Positions 1 through 9,828 of a DNA stretch of 64,000 nt are shown piece after piece. Every line of letters starts with the position of its first letter. Position 1 is the stretch's first letter. The position numbers were made by a program, and so were the translations under genes. The notes under the pieces are model-generated. The model worked only from the letters and a program-made list of their open reading frames with translations. It was not told where the DNA came from and did not search any database. The DNA is from Gemmatimonadales bacterium. Its GTDB lineage: Bacteria; Gemmatimonadota; Gemmatimonadetes; Gemmatimonadales; GWC2-71-9. The stretch is taken from the NCBI GenBank assembly GCA_035708725.1, contig DASTFH010000151.1:3783-67782 (forward strand), written 5' to 3'.

Positions 1-453
1 ACTCGTCAGCTGGTGGCGCCGCCGGAAGGCCGTGGCACCGCCGCGGTTTACACGTACCGGCACCTGCTGCAGGTGCTGGCCATCAAGCTGCGCCAGATGG
101 ACGGGGCAACGCTCGAGGCCATTACTACCGAGCTCACCCACATGACGGGCGACATGATCGAGCGGCGGGTGGCCCAGGTGCTGGGCGCGGCGCTGCCGCC
201 GCCGTCCCGGTTGCCGCTCCTTCAGACGCCGGGCACCGGGCGAGGGCGGGTGGGGCGCGCCGTGCAGGGCTGGATCGCGCCACCTCCCAGCGGCGAAGCA
301 GCGCGCGGCGTCGCCTGCCGGCGAATTGCCGTGGCGCCAGGCGTGGAGCTGCTGATCGACGAAGAGCATCCGGTCGCCCGGCTGCACGGCGGCAGTGAAG
401 CGATTGGCGACGTGGTCCGGCGCGCGCTCGCCACCTTGATGCCGACACTCTGA
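1..453 (+). CDS. MerR-like HTH protein, 5' end cut by window edge
   Basis: Frame 1 is open from nt 1 to the stop at 451-453. The segment AAVYTYRHLLQVLAIKLRQMDGATLEAI resembles the MerR-family HTH/wing region. The C-terminal ~100 aa are unassigned. Confidence 0.4.
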   Translation, partial: TRQLVAPPEGRGTAAVYTYRHLLQVLAIKLRQMDGATLEAITTELTHMTGDMIERRVAQVLGAALPPPSRLPLLQTPGTGRGRVGRAVQGWIAPPPSGEAARGVACRRIAVAPGVELLIDEEHPVARLHGGSEAIGDVVRRALATLMPTL

Positions 454-475
454 CCCTACTTTCCGGAGCTGACCG

Positions 476-1060
476 ATGGGCCTCGTGATCTTTCTCGTGG
501 TCGTGGTGGTCCTGGTGTTGTGGATGGTCGGCGCCTACAACCGGCTCATCTCGCTCAAGAACCAGGTCCTCAACGCGTGGAAGCAGATCGACGTGCAGCT
601 GAAGCGGCGGCACGACCTGATTCCCAATCTCGTCAACACGGTGAAGGGCGCGATGGAGTTCGAGCGCGGTACGCTTGAAGCCGTGATCTCGGCCCGCAAC
701 CGCGCGGTCTCAGCGACCGGTGTCAAGGCAACAGCGAAGGCCGAGGGCGAGCTGACCCAGGCGCTGGGCCGGCTCTTCGCGCTGAGCGAGGCGTATCCCG
801 AGCTCAAGACCAACCAGAACATTCTGTCCCTGCAGGAAGAACTCACCAGCACCGAGAACAAGGTGGGGTTTGCCCGGCAGCACTACAATGACGTGGCCAC
901 CACCTACAATACGGCGCAGTCCACCTTCCCGACCATGCTGGTCGCCGGCATCGCCAAGGCCTCGCCGGCCGACTTGTGGGAGCTGGAGAACCCGGCGGAG
1001 CGGGAGGTGCCGGTGGTGGATTTGGGAGGCGGCGGCAGAGAGCTGAAAGCTGAAAGCTGA
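476..1060 (+). CDS. lemA: LemA family protein
   Basis: N-terminal TM helix followed by YNRLISLKNQVLNAWKQIDVQLKRRHDLIPNLV and ALSEAYPELKTNQN, typical LemA signatures. The last 6 codons (ELKAES) and the stop are encoded by the AGCTGAA repeat array. Confidence 0.9.
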   Translation: MGLVIFLVVVVVLVLWMVGAYNRLISLKNQVLNAWKQIDVQLKRRHDLIPNLVNTVKGAMEFERGTLEAVISARNRAVSATGVKATAKAEGELTQALGRLFALSEAYPELKTNQNILSLQEELTSTENKVGFARQHYNDVATTYNTAQSTFPTMLVAGIAKASPADLWELENPAEREVPVVDLGGGGRELKAES

Positions 1061-1214
1061 AAGCTGTGAGCTGTGAGCTGTGAGCTGTTGTCACTCTGAG
1101 GCCGCGGAGCGGCCGAAGAGGCGGAGCCGTAGCCTGCGTGCCTTCGCTTCGCTCAGGGTGACAAGCTCACTCACCCCTCACCCCTCACCGCTCGCAGCTC
1201 ATAGCTCATAGCTC
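1041..1214. repeat. Composite hairpin element, type A core (1090-1162) flanked by heptamer arrays
   Basis: Left arm (AGCTGAA)3(AGCTGTG)3AGCTGTT at 1041-1089. Core GTCACTCTGAGG...CTCAGGGTGAC at 1090-1162. Right arm AAGCTCAC(TCACCCC)2..(TCATAGC)2 at 1163-1214, an approximate reverse complement of the left arm. Confidence 0.85.
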
Positions 1215-1216
1215 CA

Positions 1217-2224
1217 ATGACCAACTTCCTCGAACAGCAAGCCGCCAACCGCCGCCGGTCGCAGTGGCTGGTGGCGGGGTTCATTCTGTTCTTTGCCTGG
1301 GTCGGCTTTGGCGGCGACCTTGCCTTCGGCCTGCTCACGGCCGACAGCCCGCCCACGGCGTATCATCACGTCGTCCCCTTCATCGGCATCATCACATCCC
1401 TGCTGGCGATCGGCATTTGCTGGCATGCACAGCACAAGGGCGCCGAGCGGGTGCTCTGGGCCACCGGCGCATGGGAAATCATCGACCCGGCGACGCCGGA
1501 GCAGACCCAGTATGTGAACGTGGTGGAAGAGATGGCGATTGCCGCGGGCATCCCGCGGCCGCGCATCTGGATCGTGCCGGAGGAGGATCCCAACGCCTTC
1601 GCGACCGGCACGGACCCGGCCCATGCCAATATCGCGGCGACCGATGGCCTGCTGGCACTGCTCTCGCGCGACGAACTGCAGGGAGTGGTGGCGCATGAGA
1701 TGGCGCACATTCAGAACGAAGACACCCGGCTCATGACCCTGCTGGCCGGGATGATCGGCGCCATCCTGCTGGTGTCGGACGGAAGCCGGCGGTTTCTCGG
1801 CGGCTCGAATCGCAGCCTTGGCGGTCGCAAGGGGGGAGGAGGGAAGGGTGCGGCCGGCATGGTGGTGCTGGTGGTCTGGCTCATCAGCCTCATCATTGCG
1901 CCGCTGATCGCCCGCGTGCTGGCGATGTCGGTGAGCCGGAAACGCGAATATCTCGCTGATGCCACGGCGGCGCAGTTCACCCGGAATCCGCTGGCGCTGG
2001 CCTCGGCGCTGGAGAAGCTGGACTCGGCCACCCCGGCGACGCGCAGCATCGGCCGGGGCGCGGCGCACCTCTGCATCGTGGATCCGGGAGAGCGATCGAT
2101 CAGCGACGTTGACGGGCTGGTGGGCGATGTCTTCTCGTCGCACCCGCCCATCCGCCAGCGGATCATTCGATTGAAGGGGATGGGGTTTGCGTTTGCGAAG
2201 GCGGCGGTGGGACAGACGGCGTAG
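1217..2224 (+). CDS. M48 family (HtpX-like) zinc metalloprotease
   Basis: HEMAHIQNED (HExxH) between TM segments, plus a downstream EYLADATAAQFT glutamate motif. Lies immediately downstream of lemA. Confidence 0.85.
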   Translation: MTNFLEQQAANRRRSQWLVAGFILFFAWVGFGGDLAFGLLTADSPPTAYHHVVPFIGIITSLLAIGICWHAQHKGAERVLWATGAWEIIDPATPEQTQYVNVVEEMAIAAGIPRPRIWIVPEEDPNAFATGTDPAHANIAATDGLLALLSRDELQGVVAHEMAHIQNEDTRLMTLLAGMIGAILLVSDGSRRFLGGSNRSLGGRKGGGGKGAAGMVVLVVWLISLIIAPLIARVLAMSVSRKREYLADATAAQFTRNPLALASALEKLDSATPATRSIGRGAAHLCIVDPGERSISDVDGLVGDVFSSHPPIRQRIIRLKGMGFAFAKAAVGQTA

Positions 2225-2229
2225 GGCCC

Positions 2230-3258
2230 CTACATCTCCTCCAACTCCCGCCCCAGCACCGCCGGGTCGAACGGTACCGGCACCACCAGGTCAGCTCCGG
2301 TCGCGACCCCGGATACTCCGTCACCCGTCAGCGCCACGACACGATAGCTGCGCTCGTTCGCCGGAGGGAGACCGCCGTCGGGCACGTCGAGCGTCGACGC
2401 AAAGATGACGAGCGCGTTATCGCCGGTGGAGGCCATCCCGGACAGTTCTGACGCCGCATGACAGCGCCGCACACTCCATCCAGCTTGGCGCAAGAGCAGT
2501 GAGACGATCCGCGCCAGCGCTTCATCCGGCAGATAAAGCAGCGCGGCGCCCCGGGCGACGGCGGGCACCGCTGGCGGCCGCACGGCACCGTCGCTCAGGT
2601 CGATCATGCGCGTTGTGCCAACGTAGGTGGCGCTGCGCGCATCGCTCAGCGAGCCGATTTGCCGGACGATGTCGCGGATCCGTCCCAGTGCCACGCGCAC
2701 CTCGGTGAGCCCTTCACGCTGCGCCGGTGACAGCGCTTCGGGTGCCGCGAGCAGGAGGTCCACCTCGGCCGAGGCCGCCATGAGCGGATTGTTGATCTCG
2801 TGGTGGAGCGTGACCGTCATCTCACCCATCGCCGCTCGCCGCTCCGCCTGCACCAGCTCGGCCTCCGCCACTTCGAGCGCCCGCTTGAGCGCACGCTCCC
2901 GCCGCACCCGCTCCAGCACCTTGGGCAGCAGGTTGGGCAGGGTGCCGTCCTTCACCAGGTAATCGTCGGCCCCCCGCCGCAGCGATTCGGCCGCGAGCGC
3001 TTCATTGCCATGCGCCGTGATCATCACCACGCTGGGCGGCTCGCGCCGGTCGCGCAGGGAGCGGAGCAGGTCGACGCCCTCGTGATCCGGCAGCTGATGG
3101 TCGAGCAGCACCACGTCCGCCGCCTCGGCCTGCGCCAGGGCTCGCTCGGCGCTGGTCACATGGGCGACGCTGGAGACGCCGGCATTCTGCAGGACGGCAT
3201 CGAGCAGCCGGATGATGGCGGGGTCGTCGTCCACGATCAGCACGCGAAGCTCATCCAT
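2230..3258 (-). CDS. Receiver - HisKA - degenerate receiver protein with no ATPase domain (phosphotransfer-type)
   Basis: MDELRVLIVDDDP receiver, H-box LHHEINNPL, and no N/G1/G2 ATP-binding boxes afterwards. The C-terminal ~130 aa look like a degenerate receiver fold (LLYLPDE...VIFAS...VVALTGD). I chose the ATG at 3258, which leaves 2 nt after the GT2 stop; the ORF track starts at 3288. Confidence 0.7.
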   Translation of the reverse strand: MDELRVLIVDDDPAIIRLLDAVLQNAGVSSVAHVTSAERALAQAEAADVVLLDHQLPDHEGVDLLRSLRDRREPPSVVMITAHGNEALAAESLRRGADDYLVKDGTLPNLLPKVLERVRRERALKRALEVAEAELVQAERRAAMGEMTVTLHHEINNPLMAASAEVDLLLAAPEALSPAQREGLTEVRVALGRIRDIVRQIGSLSDARSATYVGTTRMIDLSDGAVRPPAVPAVARGAALLYLPDEALARIVSLLLRQAGWSVRRCHAASELSGMASTGDNALVIFASTLDVPDGGLPPANERSYRVVALTGDGVSGVATGADLVVPVPFDPAVLGRELEEM

Positions 3259-4813
3259 GGCCTGGGGCCTCGCGCGGACGGAAGCCAACCCGGTCGAATT
3301 TTTCCCAGCCGGTCTTGCCGCGCCATGCGTCCCACAGTCCGCGCAGCCGCCAGTACACCGTCAGCTGCCGGAAGCCGAGGTTCTCCATCACGGCGTAGGC
3401 CAGCAGGATGAAGACGTCACGCCGCCGCTCGAATGGCAGGAGCCCGCGCTGCAACCGGTCGGCGAGCCCGATCCGGAACTTCCACGCGCCCACCAGCACG
3501 GCGAAGATGTTCACCAGGATGCCGTACCCGAGCGACGCGAGGAGGAACGCCCACGCGTAGCTCCGGTTGAGGACGTGAAAGCCGAGCAGCTGTTCGGCGA
3601 CCAGGAAGAGCGCGATGAACACGTAGCCCGAGAACTCGATGATCGGGCCCCAGTACTCGAAGAACCAGAAGGCCGGCAGGGCAAACCAGCCGATCCGGCC
3701 GAACTTCTTCCGGAACAGCATTTCGCGATGATAAAGCAGCGACTCGCGGAGCCCGCGATGCCAGCGGCCGCGCTGCTTCCGGAGCGACGCAAGCGTCTCG
3801 GGCACTTCGGTCCAGGCCACGGGGTGCGGCAGGAAGGCAATGCGCTTGTCGCGGAGCTTGTCCTTGAGGAAGCGGTGCAGCCGGACAATGATCTCCATGT
3901 CCTCGCACACCGTGGTGCGCTGCTCGCCGATGTATTCGCGGACCACCTTGCTGTTCACGAAAGGCGTGAGATACCCGCCGGCACGGATCACGATTTCCTT
4001 CTCGAAGACGGCAAAGACGCCCGAGAGGATCAGCACGCTGTCGATGCGGTCGAGCCCGGTGCGGCCCGTCGTGAACGACCGGAGGTACTCCACCATCTGG
4101 AACCGCGCCAGGTCGTCCTTGGGAAGGCCCACGCGCACCACCCGGCTGTGCTCGATGGTACAGCCATTGGCGATGGCCACCTGGCCGCCGACGGCGGCCA
4201 CCCGCGGGTCTTCCTGCACCACCCGCATCAGTTCCTTGAGCGCCCGCGGGTCAAGGATCGAGTCGGCATCGAGCGACACGAAGAAGGGCGCCGTGGAGGC
4301 ATTGATGCCGGCGTTGAGCGCGTCCGCCTTCCCGCCGTTGGCCTTGTCGATCACGATGACGTGCATCACCTCGTCGGGCAGCGGGATGGTCGCCTCGTAG
4401 AGCGCGTGCACCGGTGCCGTGCCGATGGCGTCGCGGTAGGGCAGGTCGGTGCGGCGCAGCTTGAGCGCCGTCCTGAGCCGATCCAGCGTCGTGTCGCTGG
4501 AGCCGTCGTTGACGATGACGACCTCGAACCGCGGGTAGTCGCAGTGGATCAGGCTCATCACGCTGTCCACGATGGTCACGTCCTCGTTGTACGCCGGGAC
4601 GATCATCGTGAGCGGCTTGGTGTAATGGCTCTGGTCGATGAGGTCGAGGTCCTCGACGAAATGTCCGGCCACGCGCCGGCGCACCACCCGCGCGGAGAGC
4701 GCGATCAGCAGTGCCTGGTACGTGTTGTACAGGAGGAAGTACGCCAGGAAGAACGGCTGCAGGAACAGCGCGAGAAACAGGAACACATTGACGGCGACTT
4801 CCCTCACCGGCAC
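3251..4813 (-). CDS. Processive family-2 glycosyltransferase (PgaC/NodC/cellulose-synthase-like)
   Basis: IVPAYNED, VNDGSSDTT, DADS and QRGRWHRG (QxxRW), plus N- and C-terminal TM helices. Confidence 0.85.
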   Translation of the reverse strand: MPVREVAVNVFLFLALFLQPFFLAYFLLYNTYQALLIALSARVVRRRVAGHFVEDLDLIDQSHYTKPLTMIVPAYNEDVTIVDSVMSLIHCDYPRFEVVIVNDGSSDTTLDRLRTALKLRRTDLPYRDAIGTAPVHALYEATIPLPDEVMHVIVIDKANGGKADALNAGINASTAPFFVSLDADSILDPRALKELMRVVQEDPRVAAVGGQVAIANGCTIEHSRVVRVGLPKDDLARFQMVEYLRSFTTGRTGLDRIDSVLILSGVFAVFEKEIVIRAGGYLTPFVNSKVVREYIGEQRTTVCEDMEIIVRLHRFLKDKLRDKRIAFLPHPVAWTEVPETLASLRKQRGRWHRGLRESLLYHREMLFRKKFGRIGWFALPAFWFFEYWGPIIEFSGYVFIALFLVAEQLLGFHVLNRSYAWAFLLASLGYGILVNIFAVLVGAWKFRIGLADRLQRGLLPFERRRDVFILLAYAVMENLGFRQLTVYWRLRGLWDAWRGKTGWEKFDRVGFRPREAPGHG

Positions 4814-7800
4814 CGCTCCCGCATGGCGTGCACCGCGGCACGGATCGACGGCACCGGATCGGATTCCTCGACCTCGCGCGCCACCTGGTCACGCACCAGC
4901 GCCAGCAGCAGCGCCGCCGCCAGCCGGTGCCGCTCGTCGGGTGAGGTGCGCGCCGCCTCGCGCAGCTCCGCAAGATGATTGGCGTCCATCACGGCGCCCG
5001 CGGCCTCGGCCGGCGCCACGTCGTCGGGGAGTGCGGTGAGCTCGCCGCGGCTGATGGCCGTCACGGCGGCTGCCGCGCGCACCCGTGGCTCGGCGTCCGC
5101 CAGCAGCCGCGCCAGCGTACCCTGGCCCGGCACGGCGCGGAGCAGCATGGCCAGCTCGCGACGGACATCCGCGTCGGGGTCGTCAGCCAGTGCGGCCAGC
5201 GGAACCTCGAATCCTGCAGCGGCCGCGGCATGCGCCGCGGCGAGCCGCACCGGGGTCACCGGATCGGTGATGAGGCCCTGCACCAGCGGTTCTGTCGCGA
5301 GCTCGGTGCGCACGGTCAGCAGCCGCGCGAGGCCCTCGCGCACCGCCGGCTCCGCGCTCCGCGCCAGCGGGACCATCAGGCGCTGCAGCGCCGGGTGGTC
5401 AATGTAGCGCGCCACCTGCGTCACGACGACCGCCTCACGCCCGCTCGCGCCGGAGCCGAGCGCCAGGTCCATGAAGGAATCCCATCCTTCCTGTGCGCGC
5501 GCCGCCACATGTCGGAGCACCGACGGATCGTCATCGGCGCGAACCGTGGCAAGCAGGGCCGGCAGTGCCTCACCCACAGGGAGGTGCTCGAACAGCGTGA
5601 CCGCGGTGCGGCGCACCGTCAGGTTGGGATCGCCGAGCGCGCGTCGTGCGATAACGCCGAGCTCCTCGGAATCGAGCATACCGGCCACCGCCTCGAGTGC
5701 CGCGGCGCGCACGTCGGGGCTGGGATCGCCGCGGACAGCCTGCAGCAGGGTGCTCCGGCTCCGGTCGCCCTGGAAGGCGCTGAGTCCCGCCACCACGCGC
5801 CGGCGTTCCGCCGGATCGAGCACGCTGCGCATGCCATCTGCGAGTTCCTGCTCCATCTGCGTCCGCGTGAGCGACGCCAGTGCGCGCAGCTCAAGGCTAT
5901 GTGACTGCCGGAGCCGCATGCCCAGCAGCCGGTATTCGGCGTCGTCGCGCAGTCGGAGTTGGAGCAGCTCCCGCACCGCGTCGTCATCCGGCATGGCGGC
6001 GACCCTGCCCGCGACCGTCTCGTCGCCCAGTGCGCCAAGTGCCAGGACCGCCGCCGCGCGCACCGGAACGGGCGTCGCGCCGCTGCAGGCTCGCGCCAGG
6101 TCGGGCCGCGCCCGCTCCAGGCCGAGAATGCCGGCGGCGAGCGCCGCCCGCTCACGCACGGCGTCGGCGGGATCATGGGCCAGCATCGCGATGATGCGAT
6201 CGGCGCGCAACGTCTCGCCCAGCCGGATGGTGGCGGTGAGTGCGCCGGCGCGCACCGTCTCGTCGGGATCGTCCAGCCCTTCACTGGCCAGCGCGGCCGC
6301 GTCGGGACTCCGGTGGCGGCCGAGAATCGCAATGGCGGCGGCGCGAAGCGCCGGCTCCGGGTCACGCGCGAACTGGCTCAGGGCCGCGTCGCTGGCCGGT
6401 GATGGCGCGTCGGCCAGTGCGCGGGCAAATCCCAGCCGGGTCTCGGGGCTCGCCTTCTCTTCGATGAGTGCGGCGTGGAGCTCGCCGAGCCGGTCGGGTG
6501 CGAGCGTTGCCACCGCGGACGTGATGGCCTGGCGCAGTTCCGGTGACGCACCGGAGAAGGCACGCACCAGCGGCTGCACCACACTCTCATCGCCCAGTCG
6601 CCCAAGCGCTTCGGCCGCGGCAGCGCGCACCCGGACGTCCGAGTCGCTGAGCCGCTCGACCAGCTCGGGAACCAGCGCGGTGAGGTTGGCGGTCGCGGAC
6701 GCTTCGGCGGCGGCATGCCGCACCGAGGCGGCCGGATCGGTGAGCAGGCGGGAAATTTCAGCGGAGGCATCGCTCGCGCCGACCAGCCCCAGGGCACGCG
6801 CCACCGCGGCGCGCACCGCGACCTCCGGATCCGAGGCCATGTTCCGGAGGTCCATCGTGATCGCCGGACCGCCGAGATCGCCCAGCAGGTGGATGGCTTC
6901 GGTGCGCACCGCCTCATCGGAATCGGTCATGCCGGCGAGCGCGGCTGGTACCGCCTCGCGCTGGCCCAGCGTGCGCAAGGTGTCCAGGGCCGCGGCACGC
7001 ACCGTTGGATCCTGGTCGCTGGTGGCCCGGATCAGCTCGCGGGCAAGGTCGCGACGGCCGGTGCGCCGGATGGCCGCCACCACGGCGAGTCGCACCGCGC
7101 TTGACGGATGCAGCAGCAGCTCGGCCAGGAGTTCCCGGGCGCCTGCCGCCGCAAACTTGGTAAGGATCTCGCGGGCTTCCTCCGGGCGGTCGTTCTCCTC
7201 GATCATGCGCACCGTGCGCGCGGGCACGCCCAGGCGCTCGAGCGCCACCGCGGAGCGAATGCGCAGCTCGGGGTCGGGGTCATCCAGCGCCACGAGCAGG
7301 GGTCCTTCCGCCTGGTCGCCGATCTGCTCCAGCGCTTCCACGCTCCGCATCCGCACCCACCACGCCGGGTCGCCCAGCGAGCGCACCAACCGTTCGATCA
7401 CTTCGGGATCGTCGAACTGCCCGAGCGCGCCGGCGATGCGGGCGCGCACAAAGGGAGCGGGATCGGTGAGGAGATGTTCGAGGAGGTAGGGCGTGGCCCG
7501 GCGGTCGCCCAGGCGACCCAGCGCGTAGGCCGACTTGGCCCGGACTTCATCTTCGAGATCACCGAGGGAGCGGACCAGGACCGGGAAGGCGCGGTGGGCA
7601 TGCACGTCGCCCAGGATGTTGGCCGCCCACGCGCGCGCATGATGACGGCCCCCTTCCTCCAGAAAACTGATCATCGGCTGGACGACGTGCTCGCCGTGGC
7701 GCGTGAGGATGTCGGCCATGCGAGGGGCGAGCCACACTTCGGCGTTGCGCAGTGCCTCGACCAGCGGCGCCACCGCGCGCGGGTCGGCGATGCGGGCCAA

Positions 7801-8283
7801 TGCGCGGAGCGCGATCTCCCGTACGTCGGCATCCTCGGTGCGGGTGTTCTGCACCGTTTCCAGCAGGGCCGGCACGGCCGAGGCGTTGCCGACTCGTCCC
7901 AGCAGCTCGGCGGCGAAGGCGCGTTCGCGCCACCGGCGCGCGTGCCGCAGCCGCTCGATGTATTTCTCGATCAGTCCCAGCCGGTCATAGGCATCGAGCA
8001 GCCACGCCGGCCGGTCTTCGACATCACGTGCCTGCTCCTCGAGCACCGCTTCGAGCGCCTCGAGATCACGCAGGGAGCCGAGCTGGCGGATGGCGGGTTC
8101 GAGCAGCTCGCGCTCGCGTGAGGCGAGGCCGGCCACGAGGTCGCGGTAGGGTCCCTTGCGCGCGGCAAGCCGGCGCTCGAGACCATTGAGGTAGGCGGTG
8201 TAGCCGAACCAGATCAGGATCGCGACGGCGCCAATGGCGGCCATCGCGAGCGCGGCGTAGAGAATGAACTGGAGGAACGTCAT
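4804..8283 (-). CDS. Membrane-anchored HEAT-repeat (PBS-lyase-like) protein, 1159 aa
   Basis: One N-terminal TM helix, then more than 25 tandem ~30-aa units of the form D.D..VR.AA..ALG..G. Overlaps the GT2 start by 10 nt and the upstream CheY gene by 4 nt. Confidence 0.8.
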   Translation of the reverse strand: MTFLQFILYAALAMAAIGAVAILIWFGYTAYLNGLERRLAARKGPYRDLVAGLASRERELLEPAIRQLGSLRDLEALEAVLEEQARDVEDRPAWLLDAYDRLGLIEKYIERLRHARRWRERAFAAELLGRVGNASAVPALLETVQNTRTEDADVREIALRALARIADPRAVAPLVEALRNAEVWLAPRMADILTRHGEHVVQPMISFLEEGGRHHARAWAANILGDVHAHRAFPVLVRSLGDLEDEVRAKSAYALGRLGDRRATPYLLEHLLTDPAPFVRARIAGALGQFDDPEVIERLVRSLGDPAWWVRMRSVEALEQIGDQAEGPLLVALDDPDPELRIRSAVALERLGVPARTVRMIEENDRPEEAREILTKFAAAGARELLAELLLHPSSAVRLAVVAAIRRTGRRDLARELIRATSDQDPTVRAAALDTLRTLGQREAVPAALAGMTDSDEAVRTEAIHLLGDLGGPAITMDLRNMASDPEVAVRAAVARALGLVGASDASAEISRLLTDPAASVRHAAAEASATANLTALVPELVERLSDSDVRVRAAAAEALGRLGDESVVQPLVRAFSGASPELRQAITSAVATLAPDRLGELHAALIEEKASPETRLGFARALADAPSPASDAALSQFARDPEPALRAAAIAILGRHRSPDAAALASEGLDDPDETVRAGALTATIRLGETLRADRIIAMLAHDPADAVRERAALAAGILGLERARPDLARACSGATPVPVRAAAVLALGALGDETVAGRVAAMPDDDAVRELLQLRLRDDAEYRLLGMRLRQSHSLELRALASLTRTQMEQELADGMRSVLDPAERRRVVAGLSAFQGDRSRSTLLQAVRGDPSPDVRAAALEAVAGMLDSEELGVIARRALGDPNLTVRRTAVTLFEHLPVGEALPALLATVRADDDPSVLRHVAARAQEGWDSFMDLALGSGASGREAVVVTQVARYIDHPALQRLMVPLARSAEPAVREGLARLLTVRTELATEPLVQGLITDPVTPVRLAAAHAAAAAGFEVPLAALADDPDADVRRELAMLLRAVPGQGTLARLLADAEPRVRAAAAVTAISRGELTALPDDVAPAEAAGAVMDANHLAELREAARTSPDERHRLAAALLLALVRDQVAREVEESDPVPSIRAAVHAMRERCR

Positions 8284-8651
8284 GGCGCGGACAGCAGGCC
8301 GCGGGCGGTACCAAGCAGTTCGGTCACGTCGATCGGCTTGGTGAGGTAGGCGCTGACCCCGACTTCGTCTGCCCAGAAGCGGTCAGCAGCCTGGTCCTTG
8401 GACGTGAGCATGAGGACGGGCGTGGCGGAGGTCTCCGGCAGGGCGCGGAGCTGGCGGCAGGTCTGGTAGCCGTTCATCCCCGGCATGACCACGTCGAGTA
8501 TGACCAGGTCGGGGCTGTGTTCCCGGGCCAGGGTCACGCCATCCGCGCCGCCGGGCGCAGTGAGTACGCGATACCCCGCCATGGCGAGGCAACGCTGCAA
8601 CAGTTCGCGCTCGATGACATCGTCATCAATGATCAGCACAAGACGGCTCAT
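8280..8651 (-). CDS. Single-domain CheY-like response regulator
   Basis: LIIDDD, DLVILDVVMPGMNG and LTSK receiver motifs; 123 aa. Confidence 0.85.
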   Translation of the reverse strand: MSRLVLIIDDDVIERELLQRCLAMAGYRVLTAPGGADGVTLAREHSPDLVILDVVMPGMNGYQTCRQLRALPETSATPVLMLTSKDQAADRFWADEVGVSAYLTKPIDVTELLGTARGLLSAP

Positions 8652-8688
8652 GACCGGGCCTTTGGCCTACGCCCCGGGGGAGTGGCGG

Positions 8689-9753
8689 TCAGCTCTCTTC
8701 TTCGTCGAGGAATGTGAGCGTGGGTCGGTGGTGGACTACCGTTTCCAGCGCCTTGTGGACCGCTGGATCAATAACCGTGCCCACGAGGTCGCGGAGACGC
8801 TCGACAGCCATGTCGGGCGGCATGCGCTCCTGGTAGGGGCGCGAGGTGGTCAGGGCGTCGTAGATCTCGACCGCGCCGATGATCCGGGCCCCGAAGGGGA
8901 TGGCGTCGCCCGCCAGGCGGTCGGGGTAGCCGTAGCCATCGTAGCGCTCATGGTGGCTGCGGACGAACACGATCACATCCTGCAGGTGAACCAGCGGACT
9001 GAGGATCTGCGACCCGACGATGACATGCTGCTTGACGTGGTCGTACTCCTCGTCAGTGAGCGGACCCTGCTTGTTCAGGATCTCTTCCCTGATGCCGATC
9101 TTGCCGATGTCATGCAGCCGGCCGGCGGTGCGGACCCGTTCGATGGCTTCATCGTCGAAGCCCATCTCCGCCGCGATGGAGGCCGACATGTCGGCCACCC
9201 GTGCGGAGTGGCCCCGGAGGTAGGGATCCTTGGCCTCGAGGGCATTGACCAGCGCCTCGAGGGTGGCGACCGAGATGCGCTCCAGGTTGGCGCGCTCGGC
9301 CCGCACCTCGGCCGCGCGCACCGCCACCTCTTCCTTGAGCCAGCGGTTGAGCTCCTGGTCTTCCATCCGCGACGAGCGGCGCGCCAAAGCGCGCTGGATC
9401 GCGCGCCCCAGCACATCCAGGTCAATCGGCTTGGTGAGGTAGTCGTAGGCTCCGCGCTGCATGCAGAGTGCGGCGGCCGTGGCATCGTTGACCGCGGTCA
9501 GCATGAGGATGGCGGCATTGGGCTCGGCCTGGAGCATCTTGGGCACCAGGTCCAGCCCGCTGCCATCGGGGAGCTTCACGTCGAGCAGGACGCAGGTGAT
9601 CTTGCGACGCTGCAGCGCGCCAAGCGCTTCCTCGCCGGTGGCGGCGGTCAGCACTTCATAGCCGCGTCCGGTCAGGAACCGTTTCAGGGCACTCCGGATG
9701 GAATCCTCATCATCGACAACGAGGACGGCGACAGGACCATCAGCCAGGACCAC
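8689..9753 (-). CDS. Response regulator with HD-GYP domain (c-di-GMP phosphodiesterase type)
   Basis: N-terminal receiver (VLVVDDEDS, LLDVKLPDGSG), then HDIGKIGI and HHERYDGYGYP. Confidence 0.85.
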   Translation of the reverse strand: MVLADGPVAVLVVDDEDSIRSALKRFLTGRGYEVLTAATGEEALGALQRRKITCVLLDVKLPDGSGLDLVPKMLQAEPNAAILMLTAVNDATAAALCMQRGAYDYLTKPIDLDVLGRAIQRALARRSSRMEDQELNRWLKEEVAVRAAEVRAERANLERISVATLEALVNALEAKDPYLRGHSARVADMSASIAAEMGFDDEAIERVRTAGRLHDIGKIGIREEILNKQGPLTDEEYDHVKQHVIVGSQILSPLVHLQDVIVFVRSHHERYDGYGYPDRLAGDAIPFGARIIGAVEIYDALTTSRPYQERMPPDMAVERLRDLVGTVIDPAVHKALETVVHHRPTLTFLDEEES

Positions 9754-9828
9754 GAAGACTCCGCGGCGAGGGGAAATCCGTTCCCAAAAGTACGGAACCC
9801 CGGTTCGTGAGTCGAGGGTTGGCTCGGT

